A stretch of 36,287 nt of DNA from a virus. Its lineage: Duplodnaviria; Caudoviricetes. The DNA lies in IMG/VR virus record IMGVR_UViG_3300022697_000102, positions 1-36,287 of that record; one strand, 5' to 3'. The notes under the pieces are model-generated. The model had not been told where the DNA came from. It saw only the letters and a program-made list of their open reading frames with translations, and did not search any database. The translations under genes were made by a program, and so were the position numbers. Positions 29,246-36,044 of the stretch are shown piece by piece; positions within the stretch are counted from its first letter, which is position 1; the number at the start of each line of letters is the position of its first letter.

Positions 29246-29989
29246 ATGGAAGGATTGGCCGAATTAGCAAAAGCAGTCATTGGAGTCATGAAAGATGTCA
29301 GAGGTATGGAGAAGGGATCTCATGTTGGTTCAGGTAGAAGCGCATATGATGGGACAAAAGATCAGGACGTTAAAGATGCGTTTAACAGCGCGATGGTTAA
29401 TCATGGACTCTGCATTTTGCCGGTAGAGATTAAAGAGGAGACAAAAATAGATAGATGGGAGGCTCCTGATCCCTACAAAGAAGGGAAGAAAGTAACAAAG
29501 CAGAGCGTTTTTACCAAAGTCTTAACTCGATATCTACTCCTGCATGAGTCGGGGCAAAGCAAAATTATATCTGGCTATGGACATGGGGTCGATCCTCAAG
29601 ATAAAGGCGCAGGTAAAGCAACTACATACGCTCTAAAAAATGCGTTACTACTGACATTCTTGACCCCAGTCGGGAAAATGCCAGACACAGACGAAACGCA
29701 TTCTGGAGATATTGAGACAAAGCCCAGCCAGAACGGAACAAGGCCGAAAGCAGAAAACGAGATAACGAAAGATTATAAATTTTTGCACCAAGTCGGGATG
29801 GTCAAAGCTGAACTTTTTGAGGCAGTCGGGGGCGAAGTAGGCGAGAAACTTTACCGCGCAGAACTAAAAATAAGAGGATGCAAAAAATCAAATGAATTAT
29901 TGGACAGAAAAGACCAAGTGGGGTTCTATCAGGCCATTGGGGTCTTGATCGAAGAATCCAAAAAGACGGAGGCAGAAAATGGCAAATAG
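29246..29989 (+). CDS. ERF-family single-strand annealing protein
   Basis: LLHESGQ, G.G.D.QDKGAGKATTYALKNALL..F...D.D. Confidence 0.88.
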   Translation: MEGLAELAKAVIGVMKDVRGMEKGSHVGSGRSAYDGTKDQDVKDAFNSAMVNHGLCILPVEIKEETKIDRWEAPDPYKEGKKVTKQSVFTKVLTRYLLLHESGQSKIISGYGHGVDPQDKGAGKATTYALKNALLLTFLTPVGKMPDTDETHSGDIETKPSQNGTRPKAENEITKDYKFLHQVGMVKAELFEAVGGEVGEKLYRAELKIRGCKKSNELLDRKDQVGFYQAIGVLIEESKKTEAENGK

Positions 29990-30326
29990 CTCGGTGGTGG
30001 TACAAATGGGGCATCTAACCAGAGATATTGACATTATGACGACAACATCAGGCGTTACGATAGCATCGTTCGGGTTGGCAACCAATCATAAATATAAAGA
30101 CAAAGAAGAGGTATGTTTTATTGATGTCAAAATCTTCGGGGCATTGGCTGAGAATTGCGTCAAATATCTCTCGAAAGGATCGGCTTGCCAGGTAATCGGT
30201 CGGTTGTCTTTGGACAGATGGGATAAGGACGGCGTTAAACATCAAAAGCATGTGATTGTTGCAAGCTCTGTTGTTTTTCTGAGTTCAAAACAAGGTAATA
30301 ATGAAGATGATCAGGTTCCGTTTTGA
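29979..30326 (+). CDS. ssb: single-stranded DNA-binding protein
   Basis: GHLTRD, FGLATN, FG.LAENC.KYL.KG, GRL, acidic DDQVPF C-terminus. Confidence 0.95.
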   Translation: MANSSVVVQMGHLTRDIDIMTTTSGVTIASFGLATNHKYKDKEEVCFIDVKIFGALAENCVKYLSKGSACQVIGRLSLDRWDKDGVKHQKHVIVASSVVFLSSKQGNNEDDQVPF

Positions 30327-30835
30327 AGAAAAATTATCTTTACCTGGACATCGAAAAGCGAAAAGAAATAGATGCCTACCTAGAAGCATCCGGAGGGGAA
30401 TTCGCAACCGACAATCAGGAAAAAGAATATGACCGCCTTGACTGGTCGATTGATGCAAATGTGGTTGATTACATAAAAGCCTGGAAAGAAAAAAAGGCTT
30501 TAATTGACTCAATTAAAGCCGAAATAACCCGCATGAAGGACTACTTGGATGCAGAGGTAAAAAGACAAGAAAGTATTGAGCAGTCTCTTAGGTTTGCCCT
30601 TGACGATAGGCATACGGAAAGCCTTGATTACGGGATTAACTCGGTATCTTTATGTAATGTCGCACCATCACTTCCTCCAGCAGAAGAAATAGAAGATATG
30701 GTGCCAGATGCCTACAGGATAGAAATACCTGCCACATCAAAGGTTGATCGTCGGCTTTTGTTAAAGGGGGTCAAGGCTGGAGACGTTTTCGGCATAGAAT
30801 TAATTACTGATAAAAAACGGTTGAAGGTGTCATGA
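30323..30835 (+). CDS. siphovirus Gp157-like protein
   Basis: Coiled coil (IKAEITRMK), VPDAYR, KVDRRLLLKGVKAG...G.EL; follows ERF and SSB. Confidence 0.7.
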   Translation: MKKNYLYLDIEKRKEIDAYLEASGGEFATDNQEKEYDRLDWSIDANVVDYIKAWKEKKALIDSIKAEITRMKDYLDAEVKRQESIEQSLRFALDDRHTESLDYGINSVSLCNVAPSLPPAEEIEDMVPDAYRIEIPATSKVDRRLLLKGVKAGDVFGIELITDKKRLKVS

Positions 30836-30931
30836 AGTATATTATGCCAATAAATATAGTTTTCAAAGGATTGTTCCCAGGCCCAAGCCGAGAGCCACAA
30901 GGTCGAGTCCTTACATCACAACTTAAATTAC

Positions 30932-31243
30932 CTATAACGTAGAGATAACACGCATACTACAGACACAACCCTAATGCAGATAAGGTGATGTGATCTATAC
31001 AAAATACATAAATCTAAAGAAAGCGCATTTACGATTTTTATTACGGGTCTCAAGGCTTTTAAAACAAAAGTCAAACGTAATAAAAAATAGTACACTTATG
31101 ACACCAACGTAATATACAGTGTACTATTTTTTATGCCTTGAGTGCAACCTTGGCTTTGTGTTTTATTATTTCTCATGTTGCATGCTCGGCACGGCGATGA
31201 GATTACGAAGTGTTCTGCGGTCGGGTTGAGTGATTGGTTGGAT
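30932..31243 (-). repeat. split or degenerate attC-like site (arms 30932-30971 and 31206-31243)
   Basis: Both arms align to the intact site at 34681-34766. Confidence 0.7.
31080..31134. repeat. 17 bp perfect inverted repeat with 21 nt loop
   Basis: ATAAAAAATAGTACACT / AGTGTACTATTTTTTAT. Confidence 0.9.
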
Positions 31244-31259
31244 TTATTAGAGGTAGGGC

Positions 31260-31637
31260 ATGGCAAACATTGGAAAAGCAATGAAGGAAGATATGGCAAT
31301 CCTTAATGGCCACGGGTCTTATGGTCATTTTAGCTGTAATCACTTGTTAGATTTGGATGATTTAGGCGGTGATGGATACCCTACAGTAAAAAGCTTGGAG
31401 AACATATCAAATTATACGGGCGACTTTTATCACTTGATTGATTCAATTTCTTTCATGTTTTCAGAATACGGGAGATGCGAATTAAGTAGATGTGGCAACA
31501 GGTGGGAGGTTGATACCGGAGGATGGAGCGGATGCGAAAGCGTTATTTCAGCTTTAGAAAGAAACCGTCTTTTTTGGGCTAAATGTTGGTTTCTTTCTAA
31601 ACGGGGAGGATATTATGAATTCATGACTAAAATATAA
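31260..31637 (+). CDS. cassette gene, phage-type hypothetical protein
   Basis: TGGWSGCESVISAL..N..FW...W..S.RGG.Y.F; stop TAA lies in the attC box. Confidence 0.75.
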   Translation: MANIGKAMKEDMAILNGHGSYGHFSCNHLLDLDDLGGDGYPTVKSLENISNYTGDFYHLIDSISFMFSEYGRCELSRCGNRWEVDTGGWSGCESVISALERNRLFWAKCWFLSKRGGYYEFMTKI

Positions 31638-31714
31638 CGTAGAGCTAACCCGCCGCCCTACGACACAAACCGAAGGCCGAGAATTTTTTCGGTAGGTTTA
31701 GAGGTTAGTTGTGT
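31632..31714 (-). repeat. attC-like site (degenerate right arm)
   Basis: ATATAAC GTAGA GCTAACCCGCCG ... CGGTAGGTTTAGA GGTTA GTTGTGT. Confidence 0.75.
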
Positions 31715-31735
31715 TGTCGAAGAATGGAGGAAATT

Positions 31736-31996
31736 GTGAAACTATTAATAGATTGCGATTGTGGTGCAGATATCCTTAAAGTCGAAAAGATTTGGGAAGA
31801 TAAAAGCAAGGGTCAATATTTGATTTGGCTCTGTATGTATAAGGGTGGATCGATGCACTGGTGGAACCGAGTCAAAGCCTCTTGGAATTATTTTTTATAT
31901 GGGGAGTTTTTTTATAATGATATTACTTTGGATCAAAATCAAATGGATGAATTCATTAATTTTCTAAACACAGTTAAGGCAAGCGAAGTTGTATAA
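31736..31996 (+). CDS. cassette gene, hypothetical protein
   Basis: GGAGG RBS then GTG; IDCDCG motif. Confidence 0.7.
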   Translation: MKLLIDCDCGADILKVEKIWEDKSKGQYLIWLCMYKGGSMHWWNRVKASWNYFLYGEFFYNDITLDQNQMDEFINFLNTVKASEVV

Positions 31997-32000
31997 TATT

Positions 32001-32084
32001 GAGTAACGCCAATGTTCAGCGGGCCGCAACGGACTTTGAGGCGACGCAAGGCGTAAACGGCTCCGCTGGAACGACTGGTTAGCT
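32001..32084 (-). repeat. attC site
   Basis: Minus strand: AGCTAAC CAGTC GTT(C)CAGCGG(A)GCCG ... CGGCCCGCTGAAC ATTGGC GTTACTC. Confidence 0.9.
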
Positions 32085-32099
32085 GGAAAAGGAGCGAAG

Positions 32100-32294
32100 A
32101 TGAAGATTTTATGTAAAACAAGTAATTGTCGTGGAGAAATGAAGCCTGGTATTGCTACAGGGCAGACGTTTGGATTGCATCTTGATTTTATTGGTGAACC
32201 CCCTGGAAGAGGCTGTACAATGTCGCCGGGAGGTCCGGGGAAACTTATCTCTGTTTTGAAATGTGAAAAGTGCGGGTATAGTTTTTCCATCTAA
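32100..32294 (+). CDS. cassette gene, zinc-ribbon protein
   Basis: AAGGAG RBS; CKTSNC...KCEKCG; stop lies in attC box. Confidence 0.75.
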   Translation: MKILCKTSNCRGEMKPGIATGQTFGLHLDFIGEPPGRGCTMSPGGPGKLISVLKCEKCGYSFSI

Positions 32295-32748
32295 CGACCG
32301 GATCACCCGCCGCCCCACGGCTACCAAAAGAAGATAATACGAGGACTGCTATAGTATTGTCTTTCGTTTTATCATCATCTGAAAGACTGAAAATAAGAGA
32401 CAATAACGCCCATGGAACAGCAGCAGAAAACATTCTCAATACCCACTCTGGCAAACTGAAGGGAGTAAAACTATGATTTATATAAGCATTAAGATCATCC
32501 GTAAGTCTCTTGTGGATTTTCAGGAAGTCATTATTGATAGATTTTTTTATATTATCTTCAAGTGCTACCAGTTTATCAAGAAGTGTTGTTGCTCTTTCAA
32601 TTCTGCTCAGTCTAAAGTGACCCGTATAATTTTCGTAAGTGATGATTATCGCAACGACCAGAAAAGATAGTGTCAAAATGAACAACAATCGTTTCCATGT
32701 GAAGTCAGTTACTAATTTTTCAAGGAACTGAAATATAGGATCGAACAT
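32245..32748 (-). pseudogene. membrane-protein cassette gene, probably 3'-truncated
   Basis: TM helices; C-terminus (SRGAAGDPVVR...) is read through the attC half site and antisense to the neighbour gene. Confidence 0.6.
32289..32318 (-). repeat. attC half site (left arm only)
   Basis: ATCTAAC GACCG GATCACCCGCCGCCC. Confidence 0.7.
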
Positions 32749-32761
32749 ATTAAATTATGAG

Positions 32762-32789
32762 TCCTAACGTAGCGGTAAACCGGCCGCTG
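32762..32789 (-). repeat. attC half site (left arm only)
   Basis: TCCTAAC GTAGC GGTAAACCGGCCGC. Confidence 0.65.
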
Positions 32790-32818
32790 AATGAATTGAA
32801 TAAAATAGGAGGGTAATA

Positions 32819-33165
32819 ATGACAACTTGGGGAATGTATTGGTTTACAAGATTAGACAATCTGCAAGGATTAGGAGTAGCAGGGGCAATTGCATGTGGTG
32901 TCGGTCTTTTTGGTTTAGTTTTGGTATCAACAATAGAAGGGACTGACCACGCTAATAAATGGGGTTTTAAGTTAGGTTCTTTTTTTTTATGTTTCTCCTT
33001 CTATCGCTATTTACCCCCACTCAGAAAGAAGCTGCGGAGATTTGGTTGATACCAAAAATGTTAAATAACGAGCAGATCGGCAATATAGTCGCTAATTCTT
33101 TGGAGATATTGGAAGCTAAAACCAAGGAATATCTTGATGATTTAGCTGAAAAAGAAAGCAACTGA
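32819..33165 (+). CDS. cassette gene, membrane protein split by a frameshift at a T9 run
   Basis: Frame 0 MTTWGMYWFTRLDNL...; -1 frame MFLLLSLFTPTQKEAAEIWLIPKMLNNEQ...KESN stops just before the next attC. Confidence 0.7.
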
Positions 33166-33181
33166 CGGCTGGGTATTTTCC

Positions 33182-33267
33182 ACCCAACGTAGCGATAACC
33201 CAGCCGACAACGGGCCAGCCTGAAAGCCGCGAAGTATTACCGGCTCGGGTTGATTGCCTGGTTGGGT
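33182..33267 (-). repeat. attC site
   Basis: ACCCAAC GTAGC GATAACCCAGCCG ... CGGCT(C)GGGTT(G)ATT GCCTG GTTGGGT. Confidence 0.9.
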
Positions 33268-33287
33268 GGATAAATGGAGGGTGTAAA

Positions 33288-33485
33288 ATGGAAGACTTTT
33301 CTGCATGGGAAGCGATATTGAAATTGCTAAATAAGGCGGAGTATATGGGGGTAGTTTATGAATATGATGATGGATATAAATCCTTTATCTGCCCTATATG
33401 CAAAAAAAGGGAAGGGCATGGGCATTATTCTGGTTGCGAATTGGAAAACGCAAAATCAATAATTAGTTCGATGCTTTATAGTTAA
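33288..33485 (+). CDS. cassette gene, CxxC-H-C zinc-finger protein
   Basis: GGAGG RBS; CPICK....GH...C. Confidence 0.7.
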   Translation: MEDFSAWEAILKLLNKAEYMGVVYEYDDGYKSFICPICKKREGHGHYSGCELENAKSIISSMLYS

Positions 33486-33507
33486 ATAGATGATGGTATT
33501 ATTTTCC

Positions 33508-33593
33508 ATCCAACGTTGAGCTAACCCGCCGCCCAGAGACCCTGCCAGAAGGCCGCAAAGTAATGCCGAGTCGGGTTCATTGCCTTGTTAGGC
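33508..33593 (-). repeat. attC site (imperfect arm pairing)
   Basis: ATCCAAC GTTGA GCTAACCCG ... TCGGGTT(C)ATT GCCTT GTTAGGC. Confidence 0.85.
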
Positions 33594-33610
33594 ATTTTTG
33601 GAGAACAGAC

Positions 33611-33829
33611 ATGAAAAACTGTAATGATTGCAAGTATTCAGAATGGGATAAAACAAAAATTGGGAGACTTCACCCATCCGGTTCTGGGAGATGTACTTAT
33701 CCATTTGAGGTTCCAGCCCTGCCACAGTCAATGTATTGGGTCGGTAAAAATACACCCCACCCAAACGGTGGGCAGATAAATAGAAAACATGTATTTGAAA
33801 ACAATTGCGTATATTATGGCCCAGCCTAA
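33611..33829 (+). CDS. cassette gene, Cys-rich hypothetical protein
   Basis: GGAG RBS; MKNCNDCKYSEW..T..GRLHPSG.GRC; stop lies in attC box. Confidence 0.75.
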   Translation: MKNCNDCKYSEWDKTKIGRLHPSGSGRCTYPFEVPALPQSMYWVGKNTPHPNGGQINRKHVFENNCVYYGPA

Positions 33830-33908
33830 CGTTTAGTTAACCCGCCAGCTACCGGCACAACCTAAAATCGAGAAGCGTTACCTGGTCGGGTTTATCTACT
33901 GGTTAGGT
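33824..33908 (-). repeat. attC site
   Basis: GCCTAAC GTTTA GTTAACCCGCCAG ... CTGG(T)CGGGTT(T)ATC TACTG GTTAGGT. Confidence 0.9.
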
Positions 33909-33954
33909 TTGTTTTAAGGATGTATTTTATCTTTAATTTGTTTTCTCTGATCGC

Positions 33955-34024
33955 TTGACATAACCGCTTATGATATGTTAATTTAGATCATGAGCAACGC
34001 GCAAACAAACAAGGAGAAAACAAA
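33955..34024 (+). promoter_or_regulatory. cassette-internal promoter and leader (copy 1)
   Basis: TTGACA-18 bp-TAATTT with TG extension; 32 bp identical to 35510-35541; AAGGAG RBS. Confidence 0.75.
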
Positions 34025-34234
34025 ATGATCGAATCTGGACTATTAAAAGCTGAAAATTTAGGTGGGAATGCTTTTCTTAATGGCGCAATGAGTGCCCCAT
34101 TCTTAGATGCAGAAATGATGAGAATGCTTGAAGGAAACAAAGACAGAGACAACGGAATAAGGTTGATGAAAGCGTGGCACAAAGGATATTACAACGCAAA
34201 TGTGGTGGCGATGGATGCGATGCCCACACTGTAA
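34025..34234 (+). CDS. cassette gene, hypothetical protein
   Basis: RBS and promoter upstream. Confidence 0.7.
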   Translation: MIESGLLKAENLGGNAFLNGAMSAPFLDAEMMRMLEGNKDRDNGIRLMKAWHKGYYNANVVAMDAMPTL

Positions 34235-34382
34235 AAAGGGAATAGATGACAAAGAGATTTCTGCCTATCTTGGTTCAAAGGGTGGGCGGACTTCTAAGCG
34301 AGAAATTTCAAAAGAGGCACAGGCAAAAATGCAAACCGCAAGAAAAAAGTCAAAACCAAAACAGAAAAAGACTGCAACCTAA
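34215..34382 (+). CDS. cassette gene, small basic protein (CPHC, LGSKGG), possible DNA binder
   Basis: MRCPHCKKGIDDKEISAYLGSKGGRTSKR; stop lies in attC box. Confidence 0.65.
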   Translation: MRCPHCKKGIDDKEISAYLGSKGGRTSKREISKEAQAKMQTARKKSKPKQKKTAT

Positions 34383-34462
34383 CGCTCGGGTTAACCGGCT
34401 CGGCGACGACTGGGTGTGAAATCGAGAAGCATTACCGCGTCTGGTTTAACCCCTGGTTAGAT
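34377..34462 (-). repeat. attC site
   Basis: ACCTAAC GCTCGG GTTAACCGG ... (T)CTGGTT(T)AAC CCCTG GTTAGAT. Confidence 0.9.
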
Positions 34463-34479
34463 TGATTGGAGGTAAGACG

Positions 34480-34686
34480 ATGAAAAGAAAAGAAGACATT
34501 CAAAAGCCAAAAGAATTAAATAGCTGGGATTTCTCTGACAGAATCCAAGTCCCAGATGGGTATGATTTAAAGACTATCCCAGATATGACAAGAGATAATA
34601 TGCAAACCCTGATAGAAGAACACAATCACTTAGTTCGAGTTGTGCTGAGAATATGTCAGGAGAAGCAAATAATATTTGAAATCTAA
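34480..34686 (+). CDS. cassette gene, hypothetical protein
   Basis: GGAGG RBS; stop lies in attC box. Confidence 0.75.
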   Translation: MKRKEDIQKPKELNSWDFSDRIQVPDGYDLKTIPDMTRDNMQTLIEEHNHLVRVVLRICQEKQIIFEI

Positions 34687-34766
34687 CGTTGAGCTAACCC
34701 GCCGCCCACAGACACAACCCGAAGGCCGCGAAGTGTTATGCGGTCGGGTTGAGCGACTGGTTATCT
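34681..34766 (-). repeat. attC site (clearest example)
   Basis: Minus strand: AGATAAC CAGTC GCT(C)AACCCG(A)CCGC ... GCGGCGGGTTAGC TCAAC GTTAGAT. Confidence 0.95.
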
Positions 34767-35344
34767 CATTTTGGGGTATGTGATGGTTTTTCAATTTTCT
34801 CTGGTTCATTTTCTTGCTCTGCTAGTTGTCTGTTCGATCCTTGGTTTTTCTGCTGGATATTTTTCAGGTCGCCGAAAACTTGTTCAAGAGCTTGTGAAAT
34901 ATTTACTTCAACATGGACAATCTGATTTGGCGAATCGGGTTTCTGTTTTGAGAAATGAAGACAGACCATAACAATAATTGCAAAATACGCGGCAAGTTCT
35001 GCAGCATTTTTTGGCAAGAAGCGAGATAATGAGGAAAGAAATGGGAACTTTCTGGAAATTTCAGTTTTTATTTCTTCAGCGTTCGCGCCATTAAGTGCCT
35101 TATTTCTCAGAAATTCAATAGCGTAAAGGACAAGATTGCATTCAATGGTGTTAAAGATTCTTGCTGAAGCATGAGTGTATATCCCATCTGGAATTTTTCC
35201 AGTGCCTTTGCATTTTGGGCATGGGCAAGCCTTATTCCCTATGGATTGAACCGAAAGAAGAGGGCCAGTACCAAAAATGCTATTGGAGAACCAAACTGTT
35301 TCGCAATGCGGCGTTTCGCAAATCACTGGGACTAGAGGTTGCAT
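34766..35344 (-). CDS. cassette gene in canonical attC orientation; zinc-ribbon plus TM protein
   Basis: 192 aa fills the cassette; CETPHC...CPKCKG.G.IPDG.Y; stop abuts the attC. Confidence 0.8.
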   Translation of the reverse strand: MQPLVPVICETPHCETVWFSNSIFGTGPLLSVQSIGNKACPCPKCKGTGKIPDGIYTHASARIFNTIECNLVLYAIEFLRNKALNGANAEEIKTEISRKFPFLSSLSRFLPKNAAELAAYFAIIVMVCLHFSKQKPDSPNQIVHVEVNISQALEQVFGDLKNIQQKNQGSNRQLAEQENEPEKIEKPSHTPK

Positions 35345-35363
35345 ATTTTATTAACCTTTGTCG

Positions 35364-35449
35364 AGATAACGCTCGGGTTAACCGGCGCGACTAGGGCAAT
35401 ATGTGAAATCGAGAAGTGTTACCGCGTCGGGTTTAACCCCTGGTTGGGC
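35364..35449 (-). repeat. attC site
   Basis: AGATAAC GCTCGG GTTAACCGGCGCG ... CGCG(T)CGGGTT(T)AAC CCCTG GTTGGGC. Confidence 0.9.
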
Positions 35450-35490
35450 AGATTTAAGTATGGATCTTTATTTTGCTTTGTTGAATACGC

Positions 35491-35561
35491 TTGACAGTTA
35501 CATCGTGACTATGTTAATTTAGATCATGAGCAACGCGCAAAACAACAAAGGAGAAAATAAA
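35491..35561 (+). promoter_or_regulatory. cassette-internal promoter and leader (copy 2)
   Basis: TTGACA-18 bp-TAATTT; same leader as 33974-34005. Confidence 0.75.
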
Positions 35562-35771
35562 ATGAGAACATTAATTGATAATAGAAAAGACGCTGCGGAT
35601 ATATTGGTTGAATATGCAAACGGTGGCAGCTTCACACTAAAATTGCAAAACAATGTTGACCTTGGAAACCGACGCGGAATAAAGGCCACATATGAAAATG
35701 GCATGATCGAGGTGACGACTAAAAAGCTGGATAGTCTCTCTAAATTATATAAAGTTGAATGCAATTTTTAA
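35562..35771 (+). CDS. cassette gene, hypothetical protein
   Basis: AAGGAG RBS; ATG in the same position as 34025 relative to the shared leader. Confidence 0.7.
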   Translation: MRTLIDNRKDAADILVEYANGGSFTLKLQNNVDLGNRRGIKATYENGMIEVTTKKLDSLSKLYKVECNF

Positions 35772-35775
35772 TCAC

Positions 35776-35949
35776 ATGCCGATGACCAGCGCGGAAAAGA
35801 TGACCGCCCTTCGGAAACGTCGGGCGGAAGCTGGGATCGTAGAGCGCACATACTGGGGCAAAGAAGAAGATCACAAAAAAATGAAAAATATTGAGTCCGC
35901 TTTGTTGGCTAGGATTAAAAGGGCCAACATGAAAAAGATTGAGACCTAA
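35776..35949 (+). CDS. cassette gene, small putative RHH-like regulator or antitoxin
   Basis: MPMTSAEKMTALRKRRAEAGIVERTYWG; homologous to 26359..26520; stop lies in attC box. Confidence 0.7.
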   Translation: MPMTSAEKMTALRKRRAEAGIVERTYWGKEEDHKKMKNIESALLARIKRANMKKIET

Positions 35950-36027
35950 CGTAGCGATAACCCTGCCACCAAGGGCACGATCTAAAATCGACGAGTAACA
36001 CTGCTCGGGTTGAGGGACTTGTTGTAT
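35944..36027 (-). repeat. attC site (imperfect arm pairing)
   Basis: ACCTAAC GTAGC GATAACCC ... TCGGGTT(G)AGG GACTT GTTGTAT. Confidence 0.8.
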
Positions 36028-36044
36028 GGAAAAGGAGAAACGAC

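Noticed and set aside
34771-35394. Plus-strand ORFs 34771..34971 and 35161..35394
   Set aside because: Antisense to the cassette-filling 192 aa gene; no RBS
30932-36027. CRISPR array
   Set aside because: Repeats are about 85 bp and divergent, and the intervening segments are 200-600 bp gene-bearing units; no cas genes
30932-36027. Repeats as simple intrinsic terminators or REP elements
   Set aside because: No U tracts; conserved YAAC/GTTR boxes, spacers, one-sided bulges and cross-gene end matching fit attC better
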